A DNA stretch of 56,441 nucleotides, filler included, from Sluysia triapertura (lineage: Eukaryota): the NCBI GenBank assembly GCA_046118255.1. It is 4 parts of 4 records of this genome, joined end to end, with 100 filler letters (N's around TTAATTAATTAA, not from the genome) between each part and the next. Parts side by side here need not be neighbours in the genome. Positions count along the whole stretch, not along the records: positions 1 to 15,355 come from JBJNIA010230565.1; 3 more parts are not named here. The stretch is one strand, 5' to 3'. Both the position numbers and the translations under genes were made by a program. The notes below the pieces were generated by a model that worked only from the letters and a program-made list of their open reading frames with translations, was not told the origin of the DNA and did no database searches. This document shows positions 1-13,330 of the stretch, piece by piece. The first letter of the stretch is position 1; every line of letters begins with the position of its first letter.

Positions 1-879
1 ATAATAATAATAATAATAATATTCAGATGATAAAATAAACAATAATAAATATTACATAATACAAAACATGACTTAATAAATAATTAAAAGGACACGAATA
101 AAGTGATAGAATTATAAGTTGAAATTGTTTGTCGAAATTAATATATTGTTAATAATAATATAGAATTGGTCATTATAATAGAATTAACTATAGAAATTAT
201 AAAGTGAAATTAACTTTACACGCAAGAGAAAATCAACTGGACCGACAGTTCAATTAACGTATTCCTTAAAGTTTATGGGTATCTTCATTGAATTTCATTG
301 GTTGGATAAATTACGAGTAGGTTGTTAAATTTAATAACGAGTGGTTTGTCTACTATTATAAATATAGTGTGATTATTTTATTTTAGTGAAATATTTTGTT
401 TCGCCTTGCGAGATTAAGGAGCACTCTGACTTCTGGAAAAATTAATAAATACATTTAGATTAAGAAGTTGATATTTTAACGTAACAAGTTAATAAATTGA
501 AGTCATTCTAACATACGAATTTCGAATCGAAATCAACGATTGACTATTTTTCAAACACAAATAAACAAAAATAAGAAATTAATTCCAAGACGCTGAAACG
601 AGAACACAAAATATGCGAATAAGTAAGAAAAAAATAATACATGAACTCCAGTAAGAACAATTCTAAACTTTTCATCATTTAGTTCGTCCTTTGTTCTGCA
701 GTTACGTTTAAATCTGCTATAATTAAAAACATTTTCATTATTATGTACCGTGTTCCGCCGGAAATAAGACAACGAAAGTATCTCAGAATGTATTGTAATT
801 TAAAGCTAATTGTGTTAAAATATGCATTGAACGCTATCTCAAACCATTCATTGACTTTTATTAGGTATCTAATCGGCTG

Positions 880-3625
880 TCAACCAGGGCTTAAGTTTGG
901 GGTAGGTCTTAAATTAAAATCATCCTGAAACATCATGATAAGTCTTACTTATTTACAATCTGCCTTGATAGTTATCTAATTTTTGTGTTTGTAAAGATAC
1001 AGTACACAAATTATGGCATTTTTCTATTTCAAAATTTGTCCAATGTCTAACCTCTAATATATTTTCTGTCGTTAAAAATAGAACCGTTCTAAAAGCTTTT
1101 ATTCGCTTCAAACTGTTGGTAATAGAAGGATCCAAACAGCGATGATCATACGTAGATTTGGAAATTGATTTTCTAGACAACAACGGTAATAATAACACAC
1201 TGTCTAAACACTCTATATCGGATGATATTTTATCTTTCCCTTTTTCACTAATAGGTCGTATAAGGCACATGTTAATTAGATAAAATTCAAGTATTTCCAA
1301 TAAAATGGGCTGAATTAATTCAATAATCAGAATATCATCATTGATCTCTTTTAAATACTGATTACGTACACGACAAACAAAGTCCTGAAATTATACATTA
1401 AATATATTTATTAATAACTATTTATTTTCAATTGTAAACAATTAATAAATAAATTAAACAGTTTGTGCACGTACTTCTGAGTACAAGACACAATTTGTAC
1501 CCTTACATATATGAAATACATTTTCAGAAAACAAAAAATTTATAAATTATCGCTCTGAATAGCAGGTATTTCGAGAAGATAATTTACCGTTTATCACACT
1601 GAAACAGTGACGATTTAACATGCCCTTACTTAATTTTGGTCAATCAATCAGTTGATCTGTTTGATTTGTCCAACATTTCCCCATCATCTTCATTGATTTC
1701 TAAATAATTTTATCCAATGACAAATGGTACCTCTTGAGTAACTTGGACCCTTGGATAAATTGTTTGTAAAGTGTTGATTGTGCTTCTGTATTCTACTTCG
1801 AACACCAAAATTTAAAAAATTATTGGCCTCTTATTCTTTATTGAATATTTATTCTAAAATTGATATTCAGGGATACAGAATTCAATGACATGTTATTGGT
1901 TTCAGTATAAAAATATTAATAGGACATAATTATCAATGAACATTCGCAAATAAGACACAATGAAAATTTAATCAGAGATCTGTTTAATACGATTTTCGGC
2001 CAGTGAAGATATTTCTGTATAATTGAACTAAATGTACTGTAAATAAGTAAAGGAACAAGTAAAATATGGTTTTTGAAGAATAGCGAATACTTTTCGTACC
2101 AGTAATGTTTGAACATTCTCTAGGACGTATACATCTCAGCAGTATTGAAAGGATTAATATGTAACCCCTTCCACGTGCTGTCCTACAATGACTACCCAGT
2201 TAGGTTCACAGGCTCAACCACATCGTCTCATGTTATGTATATGCTTTTGTTTCTAGTATCCAATTATAAGTTAATAAATTAAAATATGTAAAAAAAATAC
2301 TAAGTTTTTTTCTAATTCATTGGTCCCACAAGGGTTAGAGTTTTAAGCCATTTGTTGACAACATCCAATGACAACCTGAATTCTCTTGTGGAAGCGGTGG
2401 TGATGGAAAAAAAGAAATGTTAAAATTATTGATATATTCGTTATACATCATTATTTTTGAAACAATTGGATTTAAACGTTCTAACAAATTAGATATTTTC
2501 TTTGATTCTCAGAAAGACCAATAAAAATTTGAATCAATAAGTAATTTTCAGAATGAAACTAAAAATGAAAAATTCAAAAACTTCATGTCCAATGAGGATG
2601 GATGACCTTAATTTATGTGCTCATAAATTTTAACAATGTATTATACTTAATACATGTTGCACTGTGTTTTCAAAAATATCACTTTTAATTTATAGGGAAT
2701 TCAGTCTATATTCTTTTCATCACATACTGTCTTCGATTCATTAAGAATAGAATTTCGTTTACTAACGGAATATCTTAAACTCATCTTATGTTTACCATAC
2801 TACTGATTAGATAGTTTTAAGGAAAATTTAGCAACAAACAAAAAATAGCAATACTAACTTTAAGTTCATTCATCATACAAGAACCTTCGTATGTTGACGT
2901 ATTTTCTGACAGAAGATCGAAATTTTCCGAATGTATCGTTGAAATGATTTCTTGAATTGAAATTTTAATATTATCAAGAAACGGTTGAAGACAAGTCCTT
3001 TGAACTCGACGACAATGTTTCATCTTGTCACGGATTATCTAAATATTTAAAAAATAAAAAGCGTATGCAAACATTCAATTGTAAAATTTTTGTAATTATT
3101 TTATTAAAAATAAGGTAAAGAAATAAAATACAGAAAATCAAATACAAATTGATGTAAAGATGAAAATTGTTACAAAATACCTTGCGATTGGAATGATTTC
3201 CTACACTTCTTTCCCAGAAGTAAGTGTTTTACCCGTTCATTCGACCTCTAATTTGACAATCTTATACATAGTTTATTTGGTTCTCATTTCTTTTTTTCCA
3301 AGTATGAATCATACCTCAAAAATGTAAGAAAAACTGTTCTTAAAATCCCTTCTAAGCATCGTGAGTTCAATCTTATGATATAATACCTTATGTAAAGTGT
3401 TGAAAGCTGAAAAGACTTCATTACGACAAAATATTAACACCAGTTCTTCCTCGATAATTTTACGAATCCATCTATAAACTAGGGGGTAAGTCCCGAATGG
3501 AGGCGCTAAAAATTTTAAAATTGTTACATTTTACAAACAAAGTTTTGTTTTTTCTTTCAATATATTCAAGTAATTCCATCATCTAATTCCATAATTTACG
3601 TCTTGATGTAGAATAATCATCAAGA
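880..3625 (-). pseudogene. COG5: COG5 (conserved oligomeric Golgi subunit 5) C-terminal half, internally shortened; pseudogene or part of a chimeric gene
   Basis: Manual splicing of exons 3505-3315, 3038-2859, 1384-1052 and probably 924-880, with GT-AG and consistent phase. The product includes FGTYPLVYRW, LQPFLDNIKISIQEIISTIHSENF, GSCMMNELK|DFVCRVRNQYL, LIRPISEKGKDKISSDIECLD and LKRIKAFRTVLF. These match recalled COG5 motifs [65 protein letters not shown] and YRMLRSFRPLLF. The upstream block RRKLWN*MMELLEYI has an in-frame TAG at 3583-3585. Confidence 0.8.
2160..2339 (+). mobile_element. Solo-LTR-like element in the COG5 intron
   Basis: Starts TGTAACCCCTT and ends AAGGGTTAGA (imperfect terminal inverted repeat, TG...CA-like), with an internal AATAAA. 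No target-site duplication seen. Confidence 0.4.
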
Positions 3626-4087
3626 ATAAAATTTCAAAGTAAATATACAAATTACAAATTCATAAAGCACTTATACATGTAAACTAGAGATGTTATGCTA
3701 TTTGGTATTCGGCTATTTGTTATCTGTTAATTAAAAATAACGTTAGCAGACATTGCTATCACAATCGCGAAATAGTAGCTATTAAATAACAGCGATGTGT
3801 TTAAAAAGTATTAATATTTCACAGAAATGAAATATATTAACAGACATAATATTACATTTTTGATATAAAGAATTAAAATTTAATTTTGTTAATTTTTCTT
3901 TATTTTTGTTGTTCATAATATTTAATTTACAAGAATCAGAAAAATAGATTTTGTTATTGAAAATGTGCTTATTTTATTTATGTAGTTTTTTGTTGTAGTG
4001 GCGTTATGATTTTTATTAAGTTGGGGGTGACAAAAATAAATATGTTGAAATGTAGGCGCAACTTAAAAAGTTTGAGCACAAACTATT

Positions 4088-4088
<1 letters not shown>

Positions 4089-4133
<45 letters not shown>
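4089..4133. repeat. (AAT)n microsatellite
   Basis: Pure trinucleotide run seen directly. Confidence 0.95.
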
Positions 4134-4135
<2 letters not shown>

Positions 4136-4143
4136 CAACCAAC

Positions 4144-6655
4144 CATAAAATCGTGATTGTAAATAAATCTCCATCAAGACTGTATTAATAAAGTAGGAAC
4201 AGTTGACTTGTAATGAATGAGAATTATTTCTTATCGATACATTCGATTTTAGATAAACATTCGTAAGATTTTTACCCTTACAAAAATGAAGTTTTAAACT
4301 ACTATTAGTGGTGTCAGAAATGTCTTTAATAAGAGGCAAATCACCCACCATGTCGTACGAGACCAGTCTGGTGTCTGTAATGTTTAATATAGGATTTAAC
4401 CAATAAAGAAAACATTTAAAACATCATCTTTAACCAATAGTCGCCCACTTTTCTCTTCATTATCAACGATGAAATTACAAACAATGAATTTTGCTGTTTC
4501 TCGCAGACATAGTACCTTTGCCAAGCACAGAGTTAATCTTCTCAATTGCTGGCGCATTCATTCCATCTTTTCTAGTCCATCATAGAAAATAATGGCAAAC
4601 AGCGCCGGATAAAGGGGCGAGCAACTTTTGAAGGGCGCTGATATAAAAATAAAACATTTTTTTAGATTTTATAAATAACAATCGATCGTTTTTCATGATA
4701 CATCGATTTTGTTTAGCAAGCAATAAATTGTTTTCTTTAATAATACCAAATAAAGGTCACAACGCTAATTATTTTAATATTGTAAACTATTTACAAATTG
4801 ATTTTCAAAAAAATTAATTTAATTAACTATTTTATTGCATTTTTGACAAATAGCATTCCAAAAAATCTTGTACGTCACATGTATGCAACAGGAAAAGCAC
4901 AACTTACTTTTCAAAGTTCTTGCTACTTCGTCTCTCAAACTTCAAATGTGCTCGTTATGTTATTCCATATGTTGTATCGCTTGTAAGTAAGTAATAATTG
5001 TATTATTTTTTAAATAAATAAATTTTTACACAGTTTTTTATTGTGTAATTTTGATTTTTGCTTTTTTTTTACTATTTTTTTAATTCCCAGTAAATTTATA
5101 TATTCTTGTATGAAGGGCGCCAAATTTTGTTTTGTTCGGGGCGCTCAAAACCCTAGATCCGGCCCTAGACCCGCGATCGATATGAATAACCAAAGTTACA
5201 AATGATGAGTCTGAATCGTCTCATTGTGCGCATGTGATGCACCAATTCCCTAACACGAATGGTGACCGCGTAACAATTGAGGAGCGAAAGTAAATACGTT
5301 CAATATGTTAAAAAAGTTCACATAAATTATAACTAATAAAATATTATAAGTTTGTCTTACTCAGATCTCATAATAAATTAAATTAAACACATTTTCTATT
5401 AAAATGTAAATTATACTTACTGAAAAGTAAAATTCTGGCAGACAAAGTATCAATCAAGCGACCATTGTTGGCCAGTGCAACACAAGTGTAGTTTTTGTAT
5501 ATAAAAGAATCATTACTATCGATTCTGCCCGTTACTTTAAAACTGTTGTTTGTGTAGCGTTGATTTCCAATTATCAAATAAATTGGATCTAATGATAATT
5601 CAAATTTAACGAAACACGTTACTTCGGAATTATATGTTATAAATTTTGGTAGACTGTAGATAGAAAAATTGGATACATCTTAATTTTAAATTTAACATTT
5701 ATATTTAATGCCATTCTTCTTTTATTAAAATAAAGAATTAAAATAATTACGCGATAAAGCATAATAAATAAACATTTAAATTATTTGAATAATAATAATT
5801 ATTATTATATAGTACAAATTAATAATTTATCATTCAAAAATTAGAATTTATTTATTTCATATTATTTATGTTTATTTCTAGAAGAATTACGTGTTAGATT
5901 CATAATTTCTTTTCGTTTTTACGAATATCATTCATATACTACTCAATCTTTTTTCGGAAAGTTTCACATAGTTTTTAATAAATTTCTAATAATTATTCAA
6001 TGGTTGTAGTTATTCTTATTAAAAGTACAATCCAATTTGTTTTCAAAGCTTTAAACGTTACAGAAATTACATTATTTTAATTTAAATTGTACATTTTATT
6101 TGACGTTTTATTTGAAATTTTTCCATTTCATTATAAATAATTACTAACCTAATACTGAGTAGCATGTTTTATTTTTTATTACGTCATTTTCGCATGTAAC
6201 ACAAACAGTTTTATTTCCTTTGTATTTCAAAGATTTCAATGTAAATCCAAACACAAATGTACTAATATTTGTAGATGTTCCTACTGCTTCATCGGATGAC
6301 AATCGAGTGTTCAGAATGCCTGCAATCGGTAGGTGGTTCACCTCGCATGTAATCTCCATATTGTAATTCACATACCATACATTACTAATCGGTTTTATGT
6401 AGGCATAAATATTTTCAGCTGTTGTAAGAGTAAGCAAAATAGTAATGAATAATTGTAACAATATATAGACTGTTATATAGATTCAAAATTAAACATACGA
6501 AAATATTAATTGTACTGTTAAAAAGTGTAAATATCAATTAAATAAAATATTAAATATTTGAAAATTTATTAATAAAGAAACAACTAAACTTATTGTTCAT
6601 TTATTGATAACTAGCAACATAGATTTTAACAATGGTTAGTTGTACTCAATTTCAT
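4144..6655 (-). CDS. Secreted or cell-surface glycoprotein with Ig-like domains (multi-exon; 3' end unresolved)
   Basis: Phase 1-1 exons 6469-6149, 5588-5421 and 4374-4144 (all GT-AG, lengths divisible by 3), plus a candidate start micro-exon 6655-6646 giving signal peptide MKLIYILLQLFITILLTLTTA. Ig-type motifs MEITCEV and NYTCVA, and many NxS/T sites. Confidence 0.55.
4600..5167. mobile_element. hAT-like MITE or deletion derivative
   Basis: Left end CAGCGCCGGAT versus reverse complement of right end TAGGGCCGGAT (9/11 match). GC-rich subterminal GGGCGC motifs near both ends and an AT-rich interior. No 8-bp TSD seen. Confidence 0.45.
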
Positions 6656-7439
6656 AGAGAAAAGTGAAAAAATTACAATAATTAATCAAGCGCAAGACTA
6701 ATTTTCCAGGTTGGAAGAAGATCTCATGTAACACCTTATCTTATTGGTTGCCAATAAAAGCAAAAATATAATTCAAAATCATGACAATAATTTACAAATG
6801 CTTAAATTACGGAAGTCTCGGATATCTTTCAGAAATAATACGCAAATTGGAAATCAAGATGAATATTTCATTGAGGCACGATAATCTATACATAATCCAC
6901 AGTTATTTCAAGCTAGGTGATAGGTTGTATAACATTTGTCTCAAAAATATACAACCAGTTACCAGAGAATGTCAAATTATTGGAAGATTATGAATGTGAG
7001 AGAATTATGAACACAAAATAATTAACTATGAAAGTATTTAAATTGAATTTAATTCACATAACTTTAAAAACCTTACTAAAGACATTATAAATAGAACAAT
7101 ACGACATTTATTAGACAAAAATTTTTTACAGAATTTGTTTTCTTTATACTCATCTGAATGTGCCATTAGATCATGATCATTGATAATTCAGAATAAAATA
7201 AAATAGATAAAATTATCACAATAAAAAGAAAACAAAATAAGGAACTTTTTACCTTTAACAAACCGAAAATATGGTGATCTTAGTCAGATGTTGAATGTTT
7301 GTTGATTTGATATTCAGAATGTGATGAACTCATAATATTGAAACATAACATCCTTATTCTTTCCTGGTGGTTATCCAAATTGGGTATACTGAGATTAGAT
7401 GATTACAGTTTTTACCGAATTAGATGCAGTAACATGTTT

Positions 7440-8092
7440 CTGTAGTTCCATAAATACATATTCCTTTCTTGTAATTTAAATTTGTTGGTGTAGGTTTGAT
7501 TACGATGACCATTAAGAACAATTTTATTGCATACGTAATCAATAGGTTGATTTTAAATAGTTTTTTGCAAGAAAGAGGATATTCGAACGTTGGAATCTTC
7601 GTATTGATTAACAATTTCTTTGGTGTCTTCTTCATTAAAACTAGTGGTACATCGCAATTGTAAATTTAATTAAATTTAATGTTTTTATTTATTTTACAAT
7701 TAAATCCAAAAACGTCATATCATTTCGTACCGGAATGGCTGATTTAGGAACAACGCAATTCATACTAGTACCAAGGTCAACATTTAATTTCAATAGCACT
7801 AATTTATCTAACAAAGTACGGATAAAATCATGATTAGTTCGTAAAGCCAAATTCGTCACATCTCTGATTTCATCATCGGCAAGTAAAATAATATCCCAAA
7901 TAGTTAATTTTAATTTCATCTTTTGAAACTTATTGAATAATTCTAAAAAGGCTGGAAAATTACTCGTTAATTCCGAAACTCCATTTAATTCTACATAATT
8001 ATCGCATTCTAATATTAAGGCATCAATGGGATAATTTTGTACTACTTCACTTACTATAAACGTATCATCACTGATTTTTGGTTTTTTTTCAT
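7440..8092 (-). pseudogene. UGP2: UDP-glucose pyrophosphorylase (UGP2-like) pseudogene, N-terminal part
   Basis: [45 protein letters not shown] matches [46 protein letters not shown]. Frameshifted blocks follow (YNCDVPLVLM, EEDTKEIVNQY, KEYVFM). The GG nucleotide-binding loop is mutated to VD, with a stop and deletions. Confidence 0.85.
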
Positions 8093-10987
8093 TTTGGAAT
8101 TGAAAGGAAATGAAATATTAATGTTATTTTTATGCAATATTAAGTCAACAATTCTTTTTATTTTTACTTTATTTACCATAATATAAAAAGCAGGCACACA
8201 CAAACGTTTTGCTTGATTGGTAACTAAAAATAATTTTCACTAAATCCTTATTTGTTCACGATTTCTGGTATTATCTACAGAATAGTTATTGGATGACCAA
8301 TGAAAAGATACTACCTCATAAAATTGCAACTGGTAATAATTGTCAATAATGACAGTCAATAATCCATACAACTTGAAAAACTGTCATCGCTGACAGTATG
8401 CATAGTGGTAGCAACCGCAAAACATAAATTGATAAATAATGTTAATTATAATAGTAACAATAATACTTAATAATAATACTAATAATAAAATAGTAGTAAT
8501 AGTAATAATAAAATGAAAAATAATAATAATAACAATAATTAATATGTAAATAACAGAAATAAATAATAAAATAATAATAAATGATAGTAATAATAATAAT
8601 AAAAGTACAAAAAAGATCTTGTTTTTCTCCTTCTTTTCATAAAACTCTTCAAAAATTCTAAAAAAGAAATAAAAATGTGAACAATGATATATAATGCGAA
8701 GTATAATTTAATGTTTATTTCACAAAAAGGAGAATGCAAAAGAATTGATAAAAGAATGTGTAAAGACGATAATAACGTGATAAAAATGTTGAAGAAATTC
8801 CATTTTGATTGCAATATTTAAAATGGTTTTAAAATGTGAATTTAATGTTTTTCGCTGATATTAATGATTGAGTGTTGGTGGATTATGAACTTGAAATATT
8901 TTGGATTAAGGAAAATTTGTACGTTTGATGGTTTTAGATGTTGAATGAGATTTTAATGTTATAAACTTTTGAATTTGAAATGTTTTAAGGTATCGAAAAT
9001 TTTAAAGAATTATAAAGAATATGTAAAAAGAGTAGTTAATGGTGTTAAAAGAAATTCCATTTGTATTAATATTACTTTGCGATTTAGAATGCAGTTTTAA
9101 TGATTTTTTAATACCTTAAATATAATTTTAATAATTTTAGATGTAATGAGTGCGTTAAGTGATGTAAGAATTTGATTTTTAGTGTATTGAGATGGATTTA
9201 AATTTTTATGTGACGAAGTTGGCCACCACATATAAGTTTATTTCAAATATTATAAGTTTATTTGATATAGAAAGAGACATATTTGAAAACAATTTATTTT
9301 CACAACAGAATTTATATCAAAATAAGGAAAACAGACCCACAGAAAGAATTAAATAATATTATTAAGTTAAAGCATTAGGACTATTAATCGTTCAAAAGGT
9401 TAGTTTAAAAGTCTGTCAAAGAGAGGCCCCAACGTCAAGCAGCAACAATAAAATAGTAATATTAATAATAAAGTAGCAATAATAAAATAATAATTTAATA
9501 GAGAATAATAGGCGTGACGCCCCTTTAATTATTAAATATTGATAGACAACACCTTTGAAAAAATAAATATATAGTTTAGGCGTATCTTATTTAACAAAAA
9601 TGAAGCAGTGGGCATAAAAATCTCACATAACAAGAAAGAGATCTCAATGGTGTGATTTGAGATCAAATTTATTTTCATCATGAATCAAATTAAATTCATT
9701 GTATTAATTGTATTTAAGTGACATAATTATTCGGACTAAATTTATTGTGTGGATCAGATTTATTTGCGATTTAGGCGCTTAACAGCCTTTCGCTGCTCAT
9801 TCCCGGATTTCACTTTTCGTAAGTTATTTATGCATAAGTTTTTCTCTTATATAAAATAAAGGTCAAAATAAACTCAAACACTATTTTTCATTTGTGGCTC
9901 GAATAATCCAGTCTTATCATTTTAAGATTTGATAATTTAATTAAAGTGTAATCTTAATTATTAATATCTTTATATTTATTTTAAACTATTATTGTATTTC
10001 GTTTTTTGGTATAGTGTCTTGTTTACAAAACGTTCATTTAATATTGTAATTATAAAATATTCATTTTGAAATATTATTATAAAATCGTTTAGAAAAGATG
10101 ATCTATTATGATTAATTAGTTTGTTTATTAGTAAATCTATTAATTCGAAATTATTAAAATTAATCAATAGCATTGTTGTTTTATCAAATAAATTATGGAG
10201 AATAAATAGCACATAAGACGTAGATAATTTATATAAATTTATAATACAGCAGTAGGAGTAACGAAAGGAAACAGAATAATTATTGACTCTTACATTGATT
10301 TCTTTTACTTCATAATTCATTTAATTGGTTCTGGTGTTAAGACATTGACTTCAGTTGTAACTTGAAAATTCCGCCTATGTATGGCAAAAAGTATAATAGA
10401 TAAATGTCCATTCGTTAATATCAGCAAGGAATTTACTCGAAGGTACAGGATCATTTTCACGTGACTGACAGTCTTTAAATCATATAAATAATTTCATAAT
10501 AACATTGGTACTAAATGGTATCTCCGCATAACCTCTTAACAGTCTTGTAATATTAGAATTCATAAAAGAATTATTTTGTTTATTAATGGATGAATAAAAT
10601 GTGCTGGCTTAATTCTTTACTTGATCACATACGCAGTGCATCATCATTATATTTCGAAAAACTAATTTCAAATATTTATAATGTAAACTTAATAGATTGT
10701 AAATTTATTATAATAACTTGTGCTTAGAATGCTTATTATATTAACCTTCGTTGTTTACTTAGAAATATTTTCATTTTCATAAAAGGGATCAAGCAAATAA
10801 ACAATTTTTCAATATATTAATTTAATTCAAAATAAAACTCATCACATTTATTGAATAGTCTCATGAAACTAACACGTCACTTATTTTTTCATTTAATTGC
10901 CAAATTAAATAAAATAAAGAATTCAATTTTAAATAGATATTAAACATATATTTTGAAATTTACTTTTATAAATCTTTCTTATTTCAG

Positions 10988-11878
10988 TACAAAATGTCAT
11001 CTACTCCATTTAGAATACTCTGCATGATTGTAGCAGCATGGGTTATTTCGGCTATTATATGTTTACCACCACTATTTGGTTGGAGTACTCCTTCAGTAAA
11101 CAAACCTAAATTAAATCTACAGTATAATTTAACTAAACAAACAGACATTTTAACTTGCCAATTAACCGAAAACAAAACATATGTTATATATTCCACAATC
11201 GGATCTTTTTATATTCCTTTAATAGTCATTATTATTGTTTATTCTCAAGTATACAAAGAAGCAAAAAAACGTGCTCAACGAATAATTAAAAAGAAAAAAC
11301 GCTCCTTACTATCTAAACGAAAGGATATCAATTCCGAACCATACAGTAATCAGAAAAATGATCAAAGAAGTAATGCTTTAAATAAAGATCAATCGGTAAT
11401 TGATGATGAAATATCTGCTGTTTCTACAACTGGTGGCTTACCAAGTATCATTATTGGAAATTGTGATGAATGTTCCACAAATGTATCTCATCAACTATCA
11501 GATCAGCCGAGATTTCGGTCTAAATCTATCTTTTCTAAACTGGCTTTGCGTAAAAGTAAATTGGTACGACATCGTGAGAGACGTACTATTGTAGTACTTG
11601 GAATAGTAGTAGGAGCATTTATTGTTTGTTGGTTACCATTTTTCACTTCATATTTAATTTTAATATTTTGTAAAAGTTGTATGCATATGGGTTTGTTCAA
11701 TTTCTTTTTCTGGCTTGGTTATTGTAATAGTGCATTAAATCCAATAATTTATACAGTTTATAATCGTGATTTTCGTAAAGCATTTCAGAAACTGTTATTA
11801 TTACAAAATTGCAATTTGAGATTACAAAATAATGTACAAAAACGATTTACATTAACAAAAACAACAGTAATTAATTAA
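10988..11878 (+). CDS. Class A aminergic GPCR, alpha2-adrenergic / alpha2-octopamine-like; terminal exon encoding TM4-TM7
   Basis: Acceptor TTTCAG ends at 10987. TM4 IVAAWVISAIICLPPLFGW, TM5 YSTIGSFYIPL, long ICL3, TM6 RERR..LGIVVGAFIVCWLPFF, TM7 FFWLGYCNSALNPIIYTVYNRDFRKAF. Open to TAA. TM1-TM3 exons not found. Confidence 0.9.
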   Translation, partial: YKMSSTPFRILCMIVAAWVISAIICLPPLFGWSTPSVNKPKLNLQYNLTKQTDILTCQLTENKTYVIYSTIGSFYIPLIVIIIVYSQVYKEAKKRAQRIIKKKKRSLLSKRKDINSEPYSNQKNDQRSNALNKDQSVIDDEISAVSTTGGLPSIIIGNCDECSTNVSHQLSDQPRFRSKSIFSKLALRKSKLVRHRERRTIVVLGIVVGAFIVCWLPFFTSYLILIFCKSCMHMGLFNFFFWLGYCNSALNPIIYTVYNRDFRKAFQKLLLLQNCNLRLQNNVQKRFTLTKTTVIN

Positions 11879-12504
11879 ATGTACTATTAATATTGTGTGT
11901 ATTAAAATATCAATTGGTTTTAATTCAGTTAAATATAATAATATAATTTTTCTTATTTATTCGTGCCAAAAAATATTATTTTTCATTTAAATTATATTTG
12001 CAACATTAAAAAGTTCAGAATGGAATTTTTACCTTAAGCAAAATTTCATTATTTCACACCTAAAAATAGAAAAACGATGTAGTAATATTCACTTTCATCA
12101 GAGCCTATTTTTCAATTTGGTTAAGAGAGCTACAGTCCTAAAAACTGATCAATAAATATAAAGTACAGAAAAGAATTTTAAAACGATTAGAAAAGTTTAC
12201 AGATTATAATAGTTTGATTATAATATCTACTAACATAATAGCAATTGACATTAAACTAAAATTTTTTGAATGATTTTAAATTACCCGATTTTTGTTGAAG
12301 TTCCAACTGAAAAAGTTGTACACCTATAATGAAACTTCATTGTTATATTCGACTGTTAGCTGGGACTGGAGTCTAGAGTTCGAAGTCCCATTAGTTTATT
12401 TTATAGTCTTACATTTTATATGCTAATCAATTACTACCCACCTATGGTTAGTGATTTCTGGTCCTATTGACGAGCAATCCTGCATGACTTTACTACACTT
12501 ATGA

Positions 12505-13330
12505 TGAGATTTTAACTACTTAGCAAAATAGATAAAGTGAGTCCGGCTAATTAGATATGCTTTATGTCAAAAATGACGGCAGTCTAATTAGACTTTCACA
12601 AAAGAAAGAGTAGCTGTTAATTATATGCAAGACAATTAACTTTTTTGAGTGCTTATCTTAAATGTATATCTATTCTCTGTATTTATCAAATTGCCAAACA
12701 GTTATCCTCACAATTAATATAAGAGAAGTTAAAAATTAAAATGAGTTAATTTAGCCTTTTTACGGTCTGACGAATATGTAACTGGATTTTATAATTTAAA
12801 CCAGCCTGTTATGGTCTGATTTACAACAAAATGTATTTTAAAGTTATAATAAAATGAACGTCCTTTAATATCTTTATTAATTACAGAAAGGTGAAATTTA
12901 CAATGCTGGAGTTCACAATATAAAAATAATATAATTATATTCAGTTTAATACCTTAAACTTAGAGTTTAGGTATGAAATGTATTGGATTTTAAAAAGATT
13001 TTTTACCTATCCAGTTACGGTATAGGATGAAATAATTATATTTTACCTAGATTTTAGTTATCCTACCGTTAAGATTAGGAATGTTAAACTTATCTATAAA
13101 AATTTACCTATGTATGGAATTTTATTGTTATTCTGTTTATGTGTAGAATCCAATTCCCAAATTGATCAAAAGTTGAATCCAAGTGTTTTTTTACCAATTA
13201 TGATGTTTTTTTCTCCAAGTTTTGTTTGTTTCTAAAAATTTCTACTATTTATATTATTTCTTACTTCCTTACTTTCGGTTTTGGTTTATGTTTATTTTTT
13301 AGTTCTTTAAAACAAATTTTATAATTTAAT
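12505..13330 (+). repeat. Dispersed repeat family, copy A (homologous to 22222-22990)
   Basis: Shared blocks with copy B: CTACTTAGCAAAAT, CGGCTAATTAGA, GTCTAATTAGACTT, the AGCC...GTCTGA hairpin motifs and CTAAAAATTT..ATTTATA. Boundaries approximate. Confidence 0.7.

Noticed and set aside
4375-4400. Ultra-short 22-26-nt introns here and at 3506-3527
   Set aside because: Both acceptors are explained more simply by longer phase-1 introns from upstream exons; no independent support.
3583-7691. Stop-codon reassignment (TAA at a conserved Gln in UGP2, TAG in COG5)
   Set aside because: The same loci carry frameshifts, deletions and active-site changes, and the intact genes (ZNF593, FAM221B, GPCR) end in TAA. 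Pseudogenisation is sufficient.
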